From Lingula anatina (Eukaryota > Animalia > Brachiopoda), in the NCBI GenBank assembly GCA_051362555.1, contig CM120645.1:21886001-21950000 (forward strand): a DNA stretch of 64,000 nt. The letters run 5' to 3'. Below are positions 27,801 to 40,538 of this stretch, piece by piece. The notes below the pieces were generated by a model. It did no database searches. It had not been told where the DNA came from and saw only the letters and a list, made by a program, of their open reading frames with translations. The position numbers and the translations under genes were made by a program. Every line of letters starts with the position of its first letter. Positions within the stretch are counted from its first letter, which is position 1.

Positions 27801-30800
27801 GCGAGATAGGATCTTCACCCTGTGTATCGCCCAGCCATTTATGAAAGTGAAATATCCTCTGGGTGCTGTTGTGGTCAGAAATAGCCTGTATTCCGAGGGT
27901 GGAGAACTTGTGCGGACTTTAAACCAGTTACAGTCTGCAGTGAAGGACGTGTGGCAGAAATGTACAGAAAAAGATTTCCAAATGGTACTGGAATATCTGC
28001 ACAACTCAGGAGACATTATTGTGAAAAGTGAGTCATTATCATTATCTATGACCTTAGATCTAGATTTTTTTTTCTTTTTTTTTATTTTTTTGTACTCTCG
28101 CATGTACTGGCAGTAATGTACAGTAGAAACAAATGCCAATTTCATCATAATATGTTAACTGCAAGATTATCAATATCATAGCTATTTACAAAAAGTTGGC
28201 AATCTATCAGAATGGAAGAGTGCAGAAAATTGTAAAGCTTCTTGCCACGAGTGAATGTTTTGAGTCATCCAGTAGAATAAATTTATGGTAAAACTTACGT
28301 TGGCAAGTGACTGATGTTGCAGTCGCAATCTGAGACCGTTCACTATGTAAAGACCAGGATAGACATGAAACTTGCTGTCAAGCACATTTTTGCCATTTGT
28401 GCCTGCAGTTATGTATAATAAAATATAATTCTTACATACAAGTTCAGCAACTCAAAAACCCATGATGAACATTAATTTTATTTTCAGACTTCTATCCCAC
28501 ACCTCTTTGCCATAGTCCTATATTGGACATGTTTGTCCTCATCAATCAGCATCAACTCGTCCCCATTATCGACAAGCTGCTGACGATTCCACCCAAGAGC
28601 GAGCAGTCTCCCCAGCTGCGTAAAACGTGGCAGCAACTTGATAACACTGGGATTGTTCCAGGGGAATTTCTGCACAAGGCAATTTTCTGCAACTCAGCAG
28701 ATTTTTCAGAGCATTTGGCATTTCTTGAACTGATGCATTTTATTTTTGGAACCACCGAGCTGTCAACTTCAGGTGCAAAGCAGAAGATGTATTGTATACC
28801 CGCACACCTAGCTCAGTTTGCAGAACCCCATCTTCCAGCCAGCCACGAATTCCAGGAAATATACCTGGATTTCAATGGCCATCTACCTCAACCGGTCTTC
28901 TTGGTACTTCTCCTGCACTTTAGGGAAGCTTGTTTGAAAGGTCAAGGCTACTGCAAAGGTCAAGTTCAAGGTCTTCCTCAAGGTCAAGGTTGCATCCAGA
29001 GCGTGGTGTCTGGGATGTTTATTGGAGGTGGCTTCCAGTACAGCATACATTTTGACAGGCTGTATAGTTTAGCCAGGATATTTGTCAGGTAAATGAATGT
29101 GTTAATTGTGTTACTGTTAAAAGGGCAGACGGAATTGATAACTTAATTTACTAAGCCAGTCCCTATTTTTTTTGTTCGTGCATTGGTCTAATGGAATATA
29201 CATGTATAGAATTCAACTTTTTTATAGATGCTCTAAATACAATACATTTCAGTGAAGAAGAAATGCAGTAATCATGGTTTTGGTGTAATTGAATATAGTG
29301 GAATCCATAACACTTGGACTTAAATAGATGATACAGATGATGCCCAAATTATGCATTTCATAAGTGTGTTTGTGTATATATATATATATAAATGTAAATT
29401 ATATTTTATTATTATTAATTCAAATTAGGCCAACAATGAAGACGGTACAGCTTCCAGACTTCCTTGATTATCTGAGGAAACTTCTGTGTGACTTCACCTC
29501 CTTGCACCCTGTGGTGGATCTCAGCTTCCAGTGTGGTCCTCTCTGCCCTGCAGCAGAGTGTAGCATGAAGACCCACAGTGATGCCCCTCATGTTCTGGAC
29601 ATTTTCCACCAGTCAGAAGTTCCTATTTTCTGTGGTGCGGAGCAGGTGGACTGCCATAAAGATGTGAAGATGTGGCTGCGCGGGAGTGAAGTTCTTGGCA
29701 TGTCTTTGGCTGTAAGTGATAAGTTTTGTTAATTTGAGATTAATTGGAGGAGAGTTTTTAATGACTCAGAGTTTAAAAGCAGGCAATTTCAGCTCTTTTA
29801 AAACCATATGAAGTTGATCAGCTGTGCAGTTCTTATGTGGAGTGATTATGGTGTTATACACTGTAGGGCCCTTTGCTGAGAGGGTTAACTCCCATACCAG
29901 AAATACAAGTAAATTACTGACAAATAAATATGATATGATAATAAGTTTATTTTAATGTTTATTCCCAATAATATATTTACCTGACGTCAGTATTTCAGCA
30001 CCCTGAGCTTCAGAGATAACTTGACACTAACCTCTTCACTATAGCCTATCTTCATCGTGTCAAGTTACCTCTGACCACATTCGATTGCCCCCGCAGCCCG
30101 CCAATCAAATTTAAAGCCTGCACTCAATGACTCATTGAACGATCTAGCCAATGAACGCTAACGAGTCAAAGCGCGCTTTGTTCAAATCCGGACCAATCAA
30201 AGATAAGGCTGAATATCAGGGACTTGCCGTAACCTGTGGGCAGCACGCAAAATACATCATCCCTCAGTAGATAATGATGCAGGGCCTCAAACTGCTCTGG
30301 TTTCAATTCCGATATACTCATATTTTGCAAAGAATCAAGAGATAACTTAACACATTATTTTACGTAGTCACTCGTAGGAGCACGACATGCTTTCTTTGTG
30401 TACGGTTATGCACTCGGAACTACTCGGATGTCTCCGCACTCGACAATAACTTTGTTGTTAGTATGAGCTTGCGGAATCAGCCGAGGATTACTGATTGACG
30501 GTCAACCAATCAGCGTTTTCACCAAACTTTGGTGAAAAATTTTGAAACTTGGATTCGATTGGCTTATATAAACTAGGTCAAACTATTTTCGTCAGAGGTA
30601 ACTTGACACGATGAAGATAGGCTATTGTGAAGAGGTTAGTGTCAGGTTATCTCTGAAGCTCAGGGTGTATTTCAGTTGCTGTGATTTTAATACACTTCTT
30701 TTCTTTTTCTTCTTCTTTTCTTCTTCTTGTTCCTATTATTATTGTATTTATTGTTATTTTTAACAATTAGAATATATATAATTGTATATTCAGAGCCCAG

Positions 30801-31811
30801 CCAGCCTGGTCAGCACGACCCCCTTTGGAAAGAAGGTGGTCACCCTGGACACCAGGATCCGAGACATGCCTTATGACCTGTGGTCAGTGATATGTAATAG
30901 GTTAAGGGTCCCTGTCCTGGGTGATAGAGACTGGAAAGGAGTGGCAGGTAAGTATGGGGGGGGGAGGGGGGGGGCACAGCTACCATATCACAGGGCCCTA
31001 GATCTGTATTGCTATAAGGGAGACTTGTTATGAGTCCTTGTAATGGGAATAGTCCAAGATACCACCTTATAGGGCCCTAGATCTGTATTACTATAACTTT
31101 GACCTTGTTTGATAATGCTGGATATGGGAACAGTCCAAGATACCACCTTATAGGGCCCTAGATCTGTATTACTATAACTTAGACCTTGTTTGATAATGCT
31201 GGGTATGGGAACAGTCCAAGATACCACCTTATAGTGCCCTAGATCTGTATTACTATAACTTTGACCTTGTTTGATAATGCTGGGTAAGGGCACAGTCCAA
31301 GGTGCATTCAGAACAGATGATCCGAGGACTAAATATGGCTGACCACACTAAAAAGCAAGCTGTCCTAATTCCCTCCACACACACACCATGAAACGGATTA
31401 AATCTCATTTCCGAGTTTTTATTGCATACATTGTACATTAAAGCCTGCTTATCTCATTTATCTATCTATAAAACTGTTCCCTTTTTTATTAGTTTTTATG
31501 TAACCTCCTAATGAATAAATTTAAATATCAAATGACAGACATGAAGTTTTCTCCAGTCAGATAATTACAGAGTACATCAATATTCTCTTTTAGGTGAACT
31601 TGGCAAAACTCCAATGGAAGTCTCATTGTACGAGCAGCAGCGTGATCCGTGCCGCATGCTCCTCACCGACTGGGGCAATACTACCCATGACACTGTTCAG
31701 AATCTTATTGATATCCTTCAGCTGCCACAGATGGAGAGATATGATGTGGTGGAAGACATATTTGGAATTATTAATGGACAGGAAAAAGCAGGCATGAGTG
31801 TGAAGAAATGA
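17843..31811 (+). CDS. Multidomain protein: PDZ - Ser-rich linker - PDZ - degenerate ROC/COR (Roco-like) - C-terminal death domain; 9 coding exons, about 1425 aa
   Basis: Exons 17843-18001, 23111-24013, 25276-25470, 25793-25933, 26404-28027, 28488-29088, 29429-29711, 30794-30947 and 31594-31811 are all GT-AG and phase-compatible (4278 nt, no internal stop). PDZ1: GSLGIKV...LDVGDRILIVN. PDZ2: GKLGFTF...VQEGGAAAGLLQRGDCILSVNG. ROC/COR-like: HALYLLTF, PVFLVAT, LEYLHNSGDI, YCIPAHL, FNGHLPQPVF. Death-like: DWKGVAGELG...LLTDW...TVQNLIDILQ..MERYDVV. Confidence 0.88.
18488..18655. mobile_element. MITE, CAGGGGCGGAT family, copy 1, 5-bp TSD
   Basis: TIR CAGGGGCGGAT / ATCCGCCCCTG flanked by ATTGT on both sides (18483-18487, 18656-18660); homologous to 45615-45784. 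Confidence 0.85.
20471..20685. mobile_element. PIF/Harbinger-type MITE, copy 2
   Basis: TTA TSD (20468-20470 / 20686-20688); ends GGCTCTATTCCCATAG / CTATGGAAATGGGGTG; inverted copy of 16523-16736. A further TIR-like end lies at about 20425. Confidence 0.8.
21575..21664. repeat. Interrupted (TG)n microsatellite
   Basis: Read directly from the sequence. Confidence 0.95.
29999..30667. mobile_element. Non-autonomous DNA transposon with 77-bp TIRs and an 8-bp TSD, intronic
   Basis: TIR 29999-30075 (CACCCTGAGCTTCAGAGATAAC...) versus 30591-30667 with about 2 mismatches; TSD TATTTCAG at 29991-29998 and 30668-30675. Confidence 0.92.
30981..31300. repeat. Minisatellite, about 81-bp unit, about 4 copies, in the last intron of the PDZ-Roco gene
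   Basis: The marker AG(G/T)GCCCTAGATCTGTATT recurs at 30992, 31071, 31152 and 31233. Confidence 0.92.
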
Positions 31812-32309
31812 GGTTTTTAAAAGATTGTTGAAACCAGTCGCTTTTTTTTTCTTTTTTTTTTTTTTGTCAGAATGACCTGACAAAGATCAAGTGATTTGAT
31901 CAGGATTTTGGCAATTAACTAAAGACAGAAAAATGTTGAAGTTATCTGAAACTGCCAAAATACACCCATTGATATTACAGAATAAACTGATATTAAGACA
32001 CCTGAAAGCACTTATCATGTCAAGCAATGCAGTATTCTGTACCACACAAGTTTGAGTGGTACTAACATGTAATTCTGCAATGAGAAGGGGGGGTGTACTC
32101 TGTTTTTACAAGACCCAATTTATCAATTAAACTGGTGTAGTTGAGTGCCAGGTGATTTTTATAATAATAGTCAGTATATTAAGTTGCCAAAGTCTCAAGC
32201 AGAAACAGTCCAGAAATTCATGTCTCTGGATGTGAAAAGGCCCTAATATTTGCAATATTATGTGACTGTGCAAAAAGTGTGCATGTTAATTGCATATTTG
32301 TGTACACAG

Positions 32310-32456
32310 CAGGTCTGTAGCCAGCGACGACCTTTTAATTAGCCAGAAAAGGTGGCCTTTGGGTAAAGTGTTATCTAAGTATATGAAGGTTTCATGGTAA
32401 AAGGTCCGCTTTTTCAGAAAAAGAACCCCCTTTTGAAATTGCTGGCTATGGGCCTG
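32310..32456. mobile_element. Short MITE, CAGGCCCGTAGCCAG family, copy 1
   Basis: Ends CAGGTCTGTAGCCAGC / GCTGGCTATGGGCCTG; the right part matches 56275-56340 in reverse complement. Confidence 0.7.
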
Positions 32457-35400
32457 ATATAGGAAAGATGTTACCCTGTCAGAATTACTGCTGAAAGAGG
32501 CATTTATGGAATGAAGGCAGATAGAGCTAATCTGACACTCTTTAGATTAGTGCAGTAACAGTTACATCAGCATTTTTTTTTTTTTTTTTTAGACCTAAAT
32601 GGATGGATTGGTGCATTTAATATTTAGCATTGAAATATCTCATTGTGTAGCTTAATCTGTTTTGGTGTTAAATTAACCCAGCATGATGTTGGTAGATTGT
32701 GAAATGACTGTATGCACTGATTGTTTGGAGAAAATAAGGCTTTAGATGTGACAGTCAAAAGAATAAAAAAGCATTTTGCTATTGGATGAAACTGCCCTTT
32801 GATGTTTCAGCTGAAAAAAAAGATGAAATATATGGTGTAAGACTTTTAAGTGAGTTAAATGTTTTGGCTTACAATTTTGATTTGTTTGGAAAAGTCTTTA
32901 TATGTAATATGTATATAATATATAGTACATACATTTTGGAGCTACGCATTAGTATTCAGTGTTAGCTTAGTACGTACATTGTGTTAAAAATGAATGTTTT
33001 GGTTCTTCTTATTGTGATATATGTTATAAATGCATTTAATGTGAGATTTAACTTACATGTAGTATGTGTATGATAAAAGACAGAAAAGTAATGAGATTTT
33101 GAAAGCAATCACAAATGGCAAGTCTGCAATAAGAACTGAGGGAGGATAAGTTCACTGTTGTTGTTGTTGTTGCATAAAAATCATGAAAGTTTACCATATC
33201 ATGATTTCTTTCAGATATTTGCATGATGCTATATGTACATTTTGTATGTATGTTCTAATGATTAATGTAATTGTCTATTAAGTATTCTAGAATTATCCAC
33301 GATCAAGATTTTGTATGATTTTTTTAAAAACTTGGACTGTTCCCATAATTGTACAAATTTTTTCAGCCATGTTTCAGTCCATCCTGCATTTTTTCTTTCA
33401 AAGTCAAATGTTCCTGGATGCTTTCATTTTCATGATTTTGTTTTTGTAGTAAGTCGAATAGAGGTTCTACTTCTCTGAGGCGGCTTTAAGTTTTAGCTGT
33501 TACTGTAATTGATTTTCTCATTTAAACTATAATGAGACTGCAATGCCCAATTTTTCTTTATTTTGGTATGTGTATATATATAAACATCCACAGTGCCATA
33601 TGACTGTCCTTTTGAAAGAAGATAAATTTGTATTTTTGTTGACATATTTTTTGTTGTTCTCCCACCCCTTTCCCACTCAAGTAGGATTTTGTTTTCTGCA
33701 TATGCCTGACTTTAAAAGCAGGGTTTTCTTTAAGTTTTTAAAAAATGTCTAACGAGGCAAACTTTTTCGGTTTATATCATTTTAAAAAAGTGATTTTTGT
33801 CATATTCAGGGTTTGTAGTTATGCTTTTCTTAAATTTTCTTGATTTCACAATAAATTGATTTCAGTTATAATAGTTTTTTATTTTATTATATGAAGCACC
33901 TTTGGGTTAATTTAATTGTGAATTTGATATTGAAATATTATTAAAGGTGATACTACTGACAGCAACTGTTGTTTAAAGAAAAAGTGAGTGTGGTTTCACA
34001 GTAAGGCATACAAACAACTTCCAATAGAAACTATATGAATTGACTCAAATGAAGTCGGCGTGCCAAGGGATGTACTGAATTTATCACTTGATCAGCCGTA
34101 AAAGAGCTTCAAAACTGAACCGTCTTGAAAATTTTGGTTGTAAATTGACCTACTTATCTGACCAACATGTACTTGTCTACCCCAGTTTTTTTTTTTTTCC
34201 AGCAAGGAAAGTAAGCAGACAATACCTGTTCAAATATCATTTTGCCTGATAATAAAATAATTAGTGATATCCTGATATTTGGGACAGAAAACAGTACAAA
34301 AATGTTTAAGTTTCAGTATAATTGTGATTCAGACATAATTTTCGTCTCACTGAATAGTGTAACCGATTTTAATTGTTTTTAACTACTAAATCACACTTTT
34401 GGAACTCGTCAGGGGAAAATAAGATTTATTAATTGTCCTTAAAACCCAAGAACTAAAAGAAATTATATTTACAACTGGAAATTAAAGATCTTGCCATTGG
34501 ATTGTCTTGTAATATGCACCTCTATTAAAGAAACTTATAGGATTTAAAAATATAAATTTAAACAAATTTTAACAAATTAAAAAAAAATAGTTTTACTCTC
34601 CATACCTTATCTATGTAAGTCTAATATAATGAGAGCCATTTAAAATTTTAAAAGAAACAATTTCCACCAAATTCCACTTTCAATTAATGTTTTTCTCCTT
34701 ATGCTAATCTGGTAATATTTATATTAAAACACATTAACGTACGTTGTTTGAATACAATAATAACAATAATAACCCATAGCACAGAATACGACTTTGGAAC
34801 ATAATCTGACTTCCACAAATAGAACATCTTTGGCATGAAAAGCTATTATAATATGATGTTTGTCCTATATTATTCCCACTGTGGTTAGAATGCAACATTT
34901 TATATCCAGCACAATTCATCCAAAGTTCTGTGATCCATTTATTACATATAACCCACATTTAAACATAAATAAATTAAATGATCTGTGAACAACTACGTAA
35001 CAGTAGCTTTTAGTAGACACATATACTGAAGGACACAGTGTACTATGAAAGAAAATATCTTTTTGTTTACTGGACTGCATCCAGCCATTTTAAGGGAAAG
35101 TTGCACAAAAAATCCATCTTAACTGTAAGGTTATACCTATAAAAAAATGTACTTAGCTGTCTTGTTTTGTTGTAATGTAACTTTGGGCCATCAACTCGTA
35201 CATTTTCAACAGTTTTGGTGCATAAGTTAGCATAAACAATGATTTAAAGCTTTTCTTGACAATGCCTTGAATAAACAAATATTGTTAGAAACACTGTCAA
35301 CATGGTACAATGCAAACATTCATGCAACAGAACAACTTCCAACAACAAGACTTTGGATATTACATACTAATAAACAACATAATACATAAAAAATAATTAA

Positions 35401-37080
35401 CAAAAACACTGTATGGGTCAAGATGAAATCCCACTTTCAAAAATGCCTTAGGTGTATAAACAGGTTTGAAATAATATCCGGGTTTCACGGACCTGCCTAT
35501 AATTTATCCAAACTGGATCCTAGCTGCCATGCTGTCTGAGAATAGAACAGGGAACTAATTGATACGCGAATCAAATATGGTGCACCCACTTGAATGCTTG
35601 TTGTGTAATCTCTGTGGGGAATCTATTCAGTGTCTAAACAGGAATTTTAAAAGCAAAAGACTTTTTAGTGGGTGATCATATTTGAACCTCAGATCTGTTA
35701 GTTCACTGCTCCCAATGTACATGCTAAATGTACATCTTGGCCCAATGAGAACCAACTTCCTGATGTTTTTCATTTTATATTTCCTAAAATGTTAATATAA
35801 TCTAATCCCTTTATTAATAAGTGAGTCAGGTTCTTATAAGTTACAATTGTACAATGTAGATAATGGTAATTACATGAAATTATTATAAACAGTTATAAGT
35901 GAAAGCAATGGCTGTGCACCACCCTCTGATTAAAATGAAATCCAAAACAATCAAAAACCAACTATTAGTAAGCAAACTTTAAGTTATAACTATATGTACA
36001 TCTCCATGGATAATTAATATGACAGTCATGAAGGTGAAAATATCATATCTGAAGTAAAGCAAATTTCGAAACCATTTCTCTATCAATATAATGTAATGGG
36101 AAGTTAAGTTATCATTACAGTTTCAAATTTACTGGTGTCAATAATTTTTTTGTCTGTTAAGTATATCATACCACTAGAAACTTGTCGAGTAGAAAATTGG
36201 GCAGTATGAAGTACAAATAAAACCTGAAAATTATGTACAACTGTTTCCTTAAATTGAAAATCATGAAAATTCATAGTAATAAGCATATATTACCCATCAA
36301 TATTTATACCTCAATTCCATGCATTTCTTCATGCAGAATATTATTCTTGAGCAAAAGTTTAATTAGAGACATATCAAACGCCCTTGATAGCAGTTTCAGT
36401 ATAATTGGGACATACCTATATATGCAAGTAACCATAAGTCCTTATTCTGGGAACTTTTCATTTACTAATATATTTGCATTCGTCTAATACTCATAACAAT
36501 CAAACTGATGTCAATTTTTATCTCACACAACACTGCCAATCTCACTGTAACTTTTTGTCCACCCTCAAAATTTTATAATAATTACATCTCACAAAGCAAC
36601 CACTCCTTAGTAATGAAGTTTTGATTTCAAATGTCTCCTCCAACCTGTCTTTTATATCACACGACATTAAAAAATTATTCACTGTAGACTTCTGTAATGA
36701 AAACTTTTTACCCTAAATATCCTTTTTTCTCCTAATCACATTCTTAAGTCCAACACAATATAACTGCTAACACATTTGAATATGCTTCTTTGTTTCAGTT
36801 AAAGTTTCCCCCTCTGTTGAAATCTTTTCTGAGACAACTATGGTATTAGTGTAATGAAACTGAGAGTCTGCATGACATTAACAGGTCAAAATCTAGGACG
36901 GGACAAATCAATGGGTGACATACCCTGTATCACATAGGAATCTAATACATGACAACTGCTAGAACATTAAAAATGCAATGCAAACATCAACTGATTTTAA
37001 ATTGCCACAACTGGCACAACCGACACACTGTCACACCTGACCGGTTGTCACAACTAACGCATTCCAAACGCACACCACCC

Positions 37081-40000
37081 CTACAGCCTTCTGTCTCTAG
37101 AATTTAGACTTGATACCCTGTATTTGGACAGGAGCACTGGAATCATAGCACAGGCCAGAATACTGAACCCAAACCAGGGTCGGTACCTTATCCAGCCCAG
37201 GGCAATCACTGTGATAGACAGGCTCATGGAAATCGTCATGTTTAAGGTGCACATGCCCAGTCCGACCAGTTCTCGTACAATGGGGATCCAGTCCACTAGA
37301 AATGGAAATGAGAAAATAATATCTCACTTATTAATTGGTGCCTGGGATCTATTTCACAAAAGAAATCTGGCCCAAAATTTCATACTTGTCTAAACTTTCA
37401 GACTCAAATTCTTTTACCCGAGTGAATCTAGTAATAGTTCAATTAAATTATATACATAATATATTCTTGAATACATAATTTTTTTGCCTGTTTATGACAT
37501 GAAAGACATCAATGTCTTATTAAGATTATCATAAAAAATATCAATATTTAATATAAACTTTAAGACAAATTCTTTTATCCAAGTTAAATCAGAACAATTA
37601 AATTATGTCAATAATGTATTCTTGAATACATTATATTGCCCATTTATAACATGGAAGACATCAATTAACTATTACGATAATAAATATTAATTTATAAAAT
37701 TTATTAAATCTTGAACTGAAGTGGAACAGATTTTTGATGTCAAAGTATAGACAACCAATATCTGTCCTGCAATTCTTTTGTGAAATCAGCCCCTGGGTGG
37801 GAAAACATTTAAGTCATCAGGACACCTTACTGTAAATAGTCTACAATGCAAACTGTGGCCAGTAATTGAATAAATATTTCATTCCAAAATTTTACTTCTT
37901 CAGCTCATACATGCACCAGGCAAGGGTCCAGTGTTATTCACAGATAGATTCATAGATTTACACAGTGTCAACTTAATTCACTATTTTAACATTTGACAAA
38001 GTGAACAACAAATTACTGATTCTTACCAAAATCACATTTTAAATTTTCTAACTCTTGTTCATTCATTACAGTAACTGTAATTAATATGAATTTTTTAAAA
38101 CTTAATTATTATTAATGAAACAATAAAAATCATCAGTGGTCACAGAGACAGATGCATATCAGTTCATCTTACCTAATGTGTTTATAATACTGGTGGATAA
38201 TCCAAATCCCACAAACATGACAAACCATCCTGCCAGCCTCAGTAGCCAGGTGAAGATGTTATTCTGGGCATGTTCTTTTTCAAATATTTCCTAGAAAAAA
38301 ATTATTAAAATTCACTAAATCTTCATTGACAAGTAATACAGTAACTGTAAAGCTCATTTTGGTAATAATCAATCTAAAAACATAATTTTCCATTATCACA
38401 ACAATTAAGTAAAGTTAAAATGAGAATTTGAGCAAGTCCCTTACTTTATATTTGCTAAAAATTGTTATCCTATGTTTAAAGTTTTTTAATCTAATTACAA
38501 TTTTCTTGTGGTCTAATTGACAATGATGTACCTCCCTATCTTCAGTCAGTCTACTGAGAATACAGGTGGAACTTTTCTCAGTCTTGTTAAATAACCTGCA
38601 CTTGAATAATCCAAATTAAAGTAATCTGCATGGAAGATTACATGACTGAGAACAGTTCTACTTGTTTCTTCAACAGACCGACTGAAGTCGCCAAGAGCTA
38701 GGGACATGCAATGTCATCAATTACAATAAGAAGTAAAAGATTTTAAGACTTAATTCAATATGCAAAATACAACAGTTGTACATGTAGATAACTTACCTAC
38801 AAAGTATTATCTTTAGCCAAGATTATTTATATAATGTTACAATTCGGATAAATAATTTTTCTACCTGTATTACATTTCCAAATCACAAACATAATTAAGA
38901 TCGAACATACCCCAAAAATTGAATCTCAAACCAAATCAAATGACTGCAATTTTTTACATTCAATTTGGTACTGCAATATAACCTTAAACCAAATCAAATG
39001 ACTGCAATTTTTTACATTCTGATTCAATTTGGTACTGCAATATAACCTTTATGTGCCGAATTAAATTAAATTGCTATTATTATATATTTGTTACCATGCT
39101 GATATCAATATTCACAACACTTGTATAGAATGGGTGGTGGCCTATTTATATTCACCTGTGTGTAAGGATTATGTGATGATATCATTTCTTCACGTAAGGA
39201 CTCATTAATATAATTATATGCAGCATATGTGTGTTCCCATGCACCCAGGCCCCATACATACATATATATTAAGTCTTACCTCTGCAGTGAGTTCTCCTAG
39301 ATATAGAATCTCCAACACATCACCAGCCTCTGTCTGATATTTTGTCAATTGGCTGCCCTGTTGCCTAGCAACAATACTAACCTAGAAAATGAGACATCAG
39401 ATTTTAGTACATCTTTGAGACTTGCGTATGTGATATCCTTAAAAATAAAGGCTTTGTGTAATTAATAAAATCACAATGCACACTAAGTATTATATACCAC
39501 AATGTTACACCTACCATGTCAGGAGCTCTGGCACTGTCTCCACTGCTTACCCCAGCATACTCAAATGTCACCTTTATGTCACCAATCTGATAAATGGATA
39601 TATATTTTAAAGTGTATAACAAGAAATGAAAAATCTGTGAAAATTGGCAAATTAGTTCACAAGCAGATTTCTCACTTGATTCATGGAGATTCCTGAACAA
39701 ATTAAACAATTTGCACAACTGATAATTTTGAAGTGTAAACTAATTTTGATTTTTTATTTATTTATTTATCTATTTATTTATTATTATTTTTAAATTACAC
39801 TAAGGTCTGAACACAGCTTGTCCAAGTCACAAACTTTTGAAAGGGACTACCAGTGGAAAAAACTGACCTGTGGATTGAAGGGGTCATGGGCATGATAAAA
39901 TACTCCATCAACAAGCTTTACGCTCCCATCTGGTGGAGGATGTTGTGGTTTTAATTGCTTGTAATTGGTAATTTTACTCTTCAGATCTGAAAGATGAAAA

Positions 40001-40483
40001 TACAGGTTAATTCTCAAGTTAAATGGGAAAGATCTTAATCAGCATTTTTTTTTCTTCAAATTGCTATGAATAAAACTGACATGATTTTTTCTTCCAACAA
40101 AAAATGGTGAAAATTAGGTAACATTTGCCCATGCAGTGCATAAGAAACAACATAGATCTTCGGGAGTGTTTCCATAAACCCATCATACTAGCTGGATCAA
40201 TCTAACTGTAGGAATTCTAACTTACTTGCATTCAGTGTACTGGCACACCTACTCAAGCTGCAAGGGGGGTTATTAACGATATTCATCACTCCCTAGTTAC
40301 TGAAAGGGGCGTGCAAGACAATTCAGCTGATTACACAAATCGATCTAGTTAGTAACTTAAAGACGGCGAACAAAGTCTTATTGGTTGCAAGCCTTTTAAT
40401 GTCTGGCTCTGAGTGGTATCTATGCTTTGAAAATAAGTCTCAGTTCTGAATTTTTTTCACAGCTTTGAAAAAGCAAGGAAATG

Positions 40484-40538
<55 letters not shown>

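Noticed and set aside
26603-28148. Antisense ORFs over the large Roco exon (also those opposite PLCXD, TMEM43 and the LINE)
   Set aside because: They are shadow frames of real coding exons.
30981-31300. Regularly spaced repeats resembling a CRISPR array
   Set aside because: Whole units are repeated with no unique spacers, the context is a eukaryotic intron, and there are no cas genes. It is a minisatellite.
33940-34445. TTAA-AGG starts suggesting Kolobok-type elements (also 9299, 19990, 62007)
   Set aside because: No convincing matching opposite terminus was found by eye.
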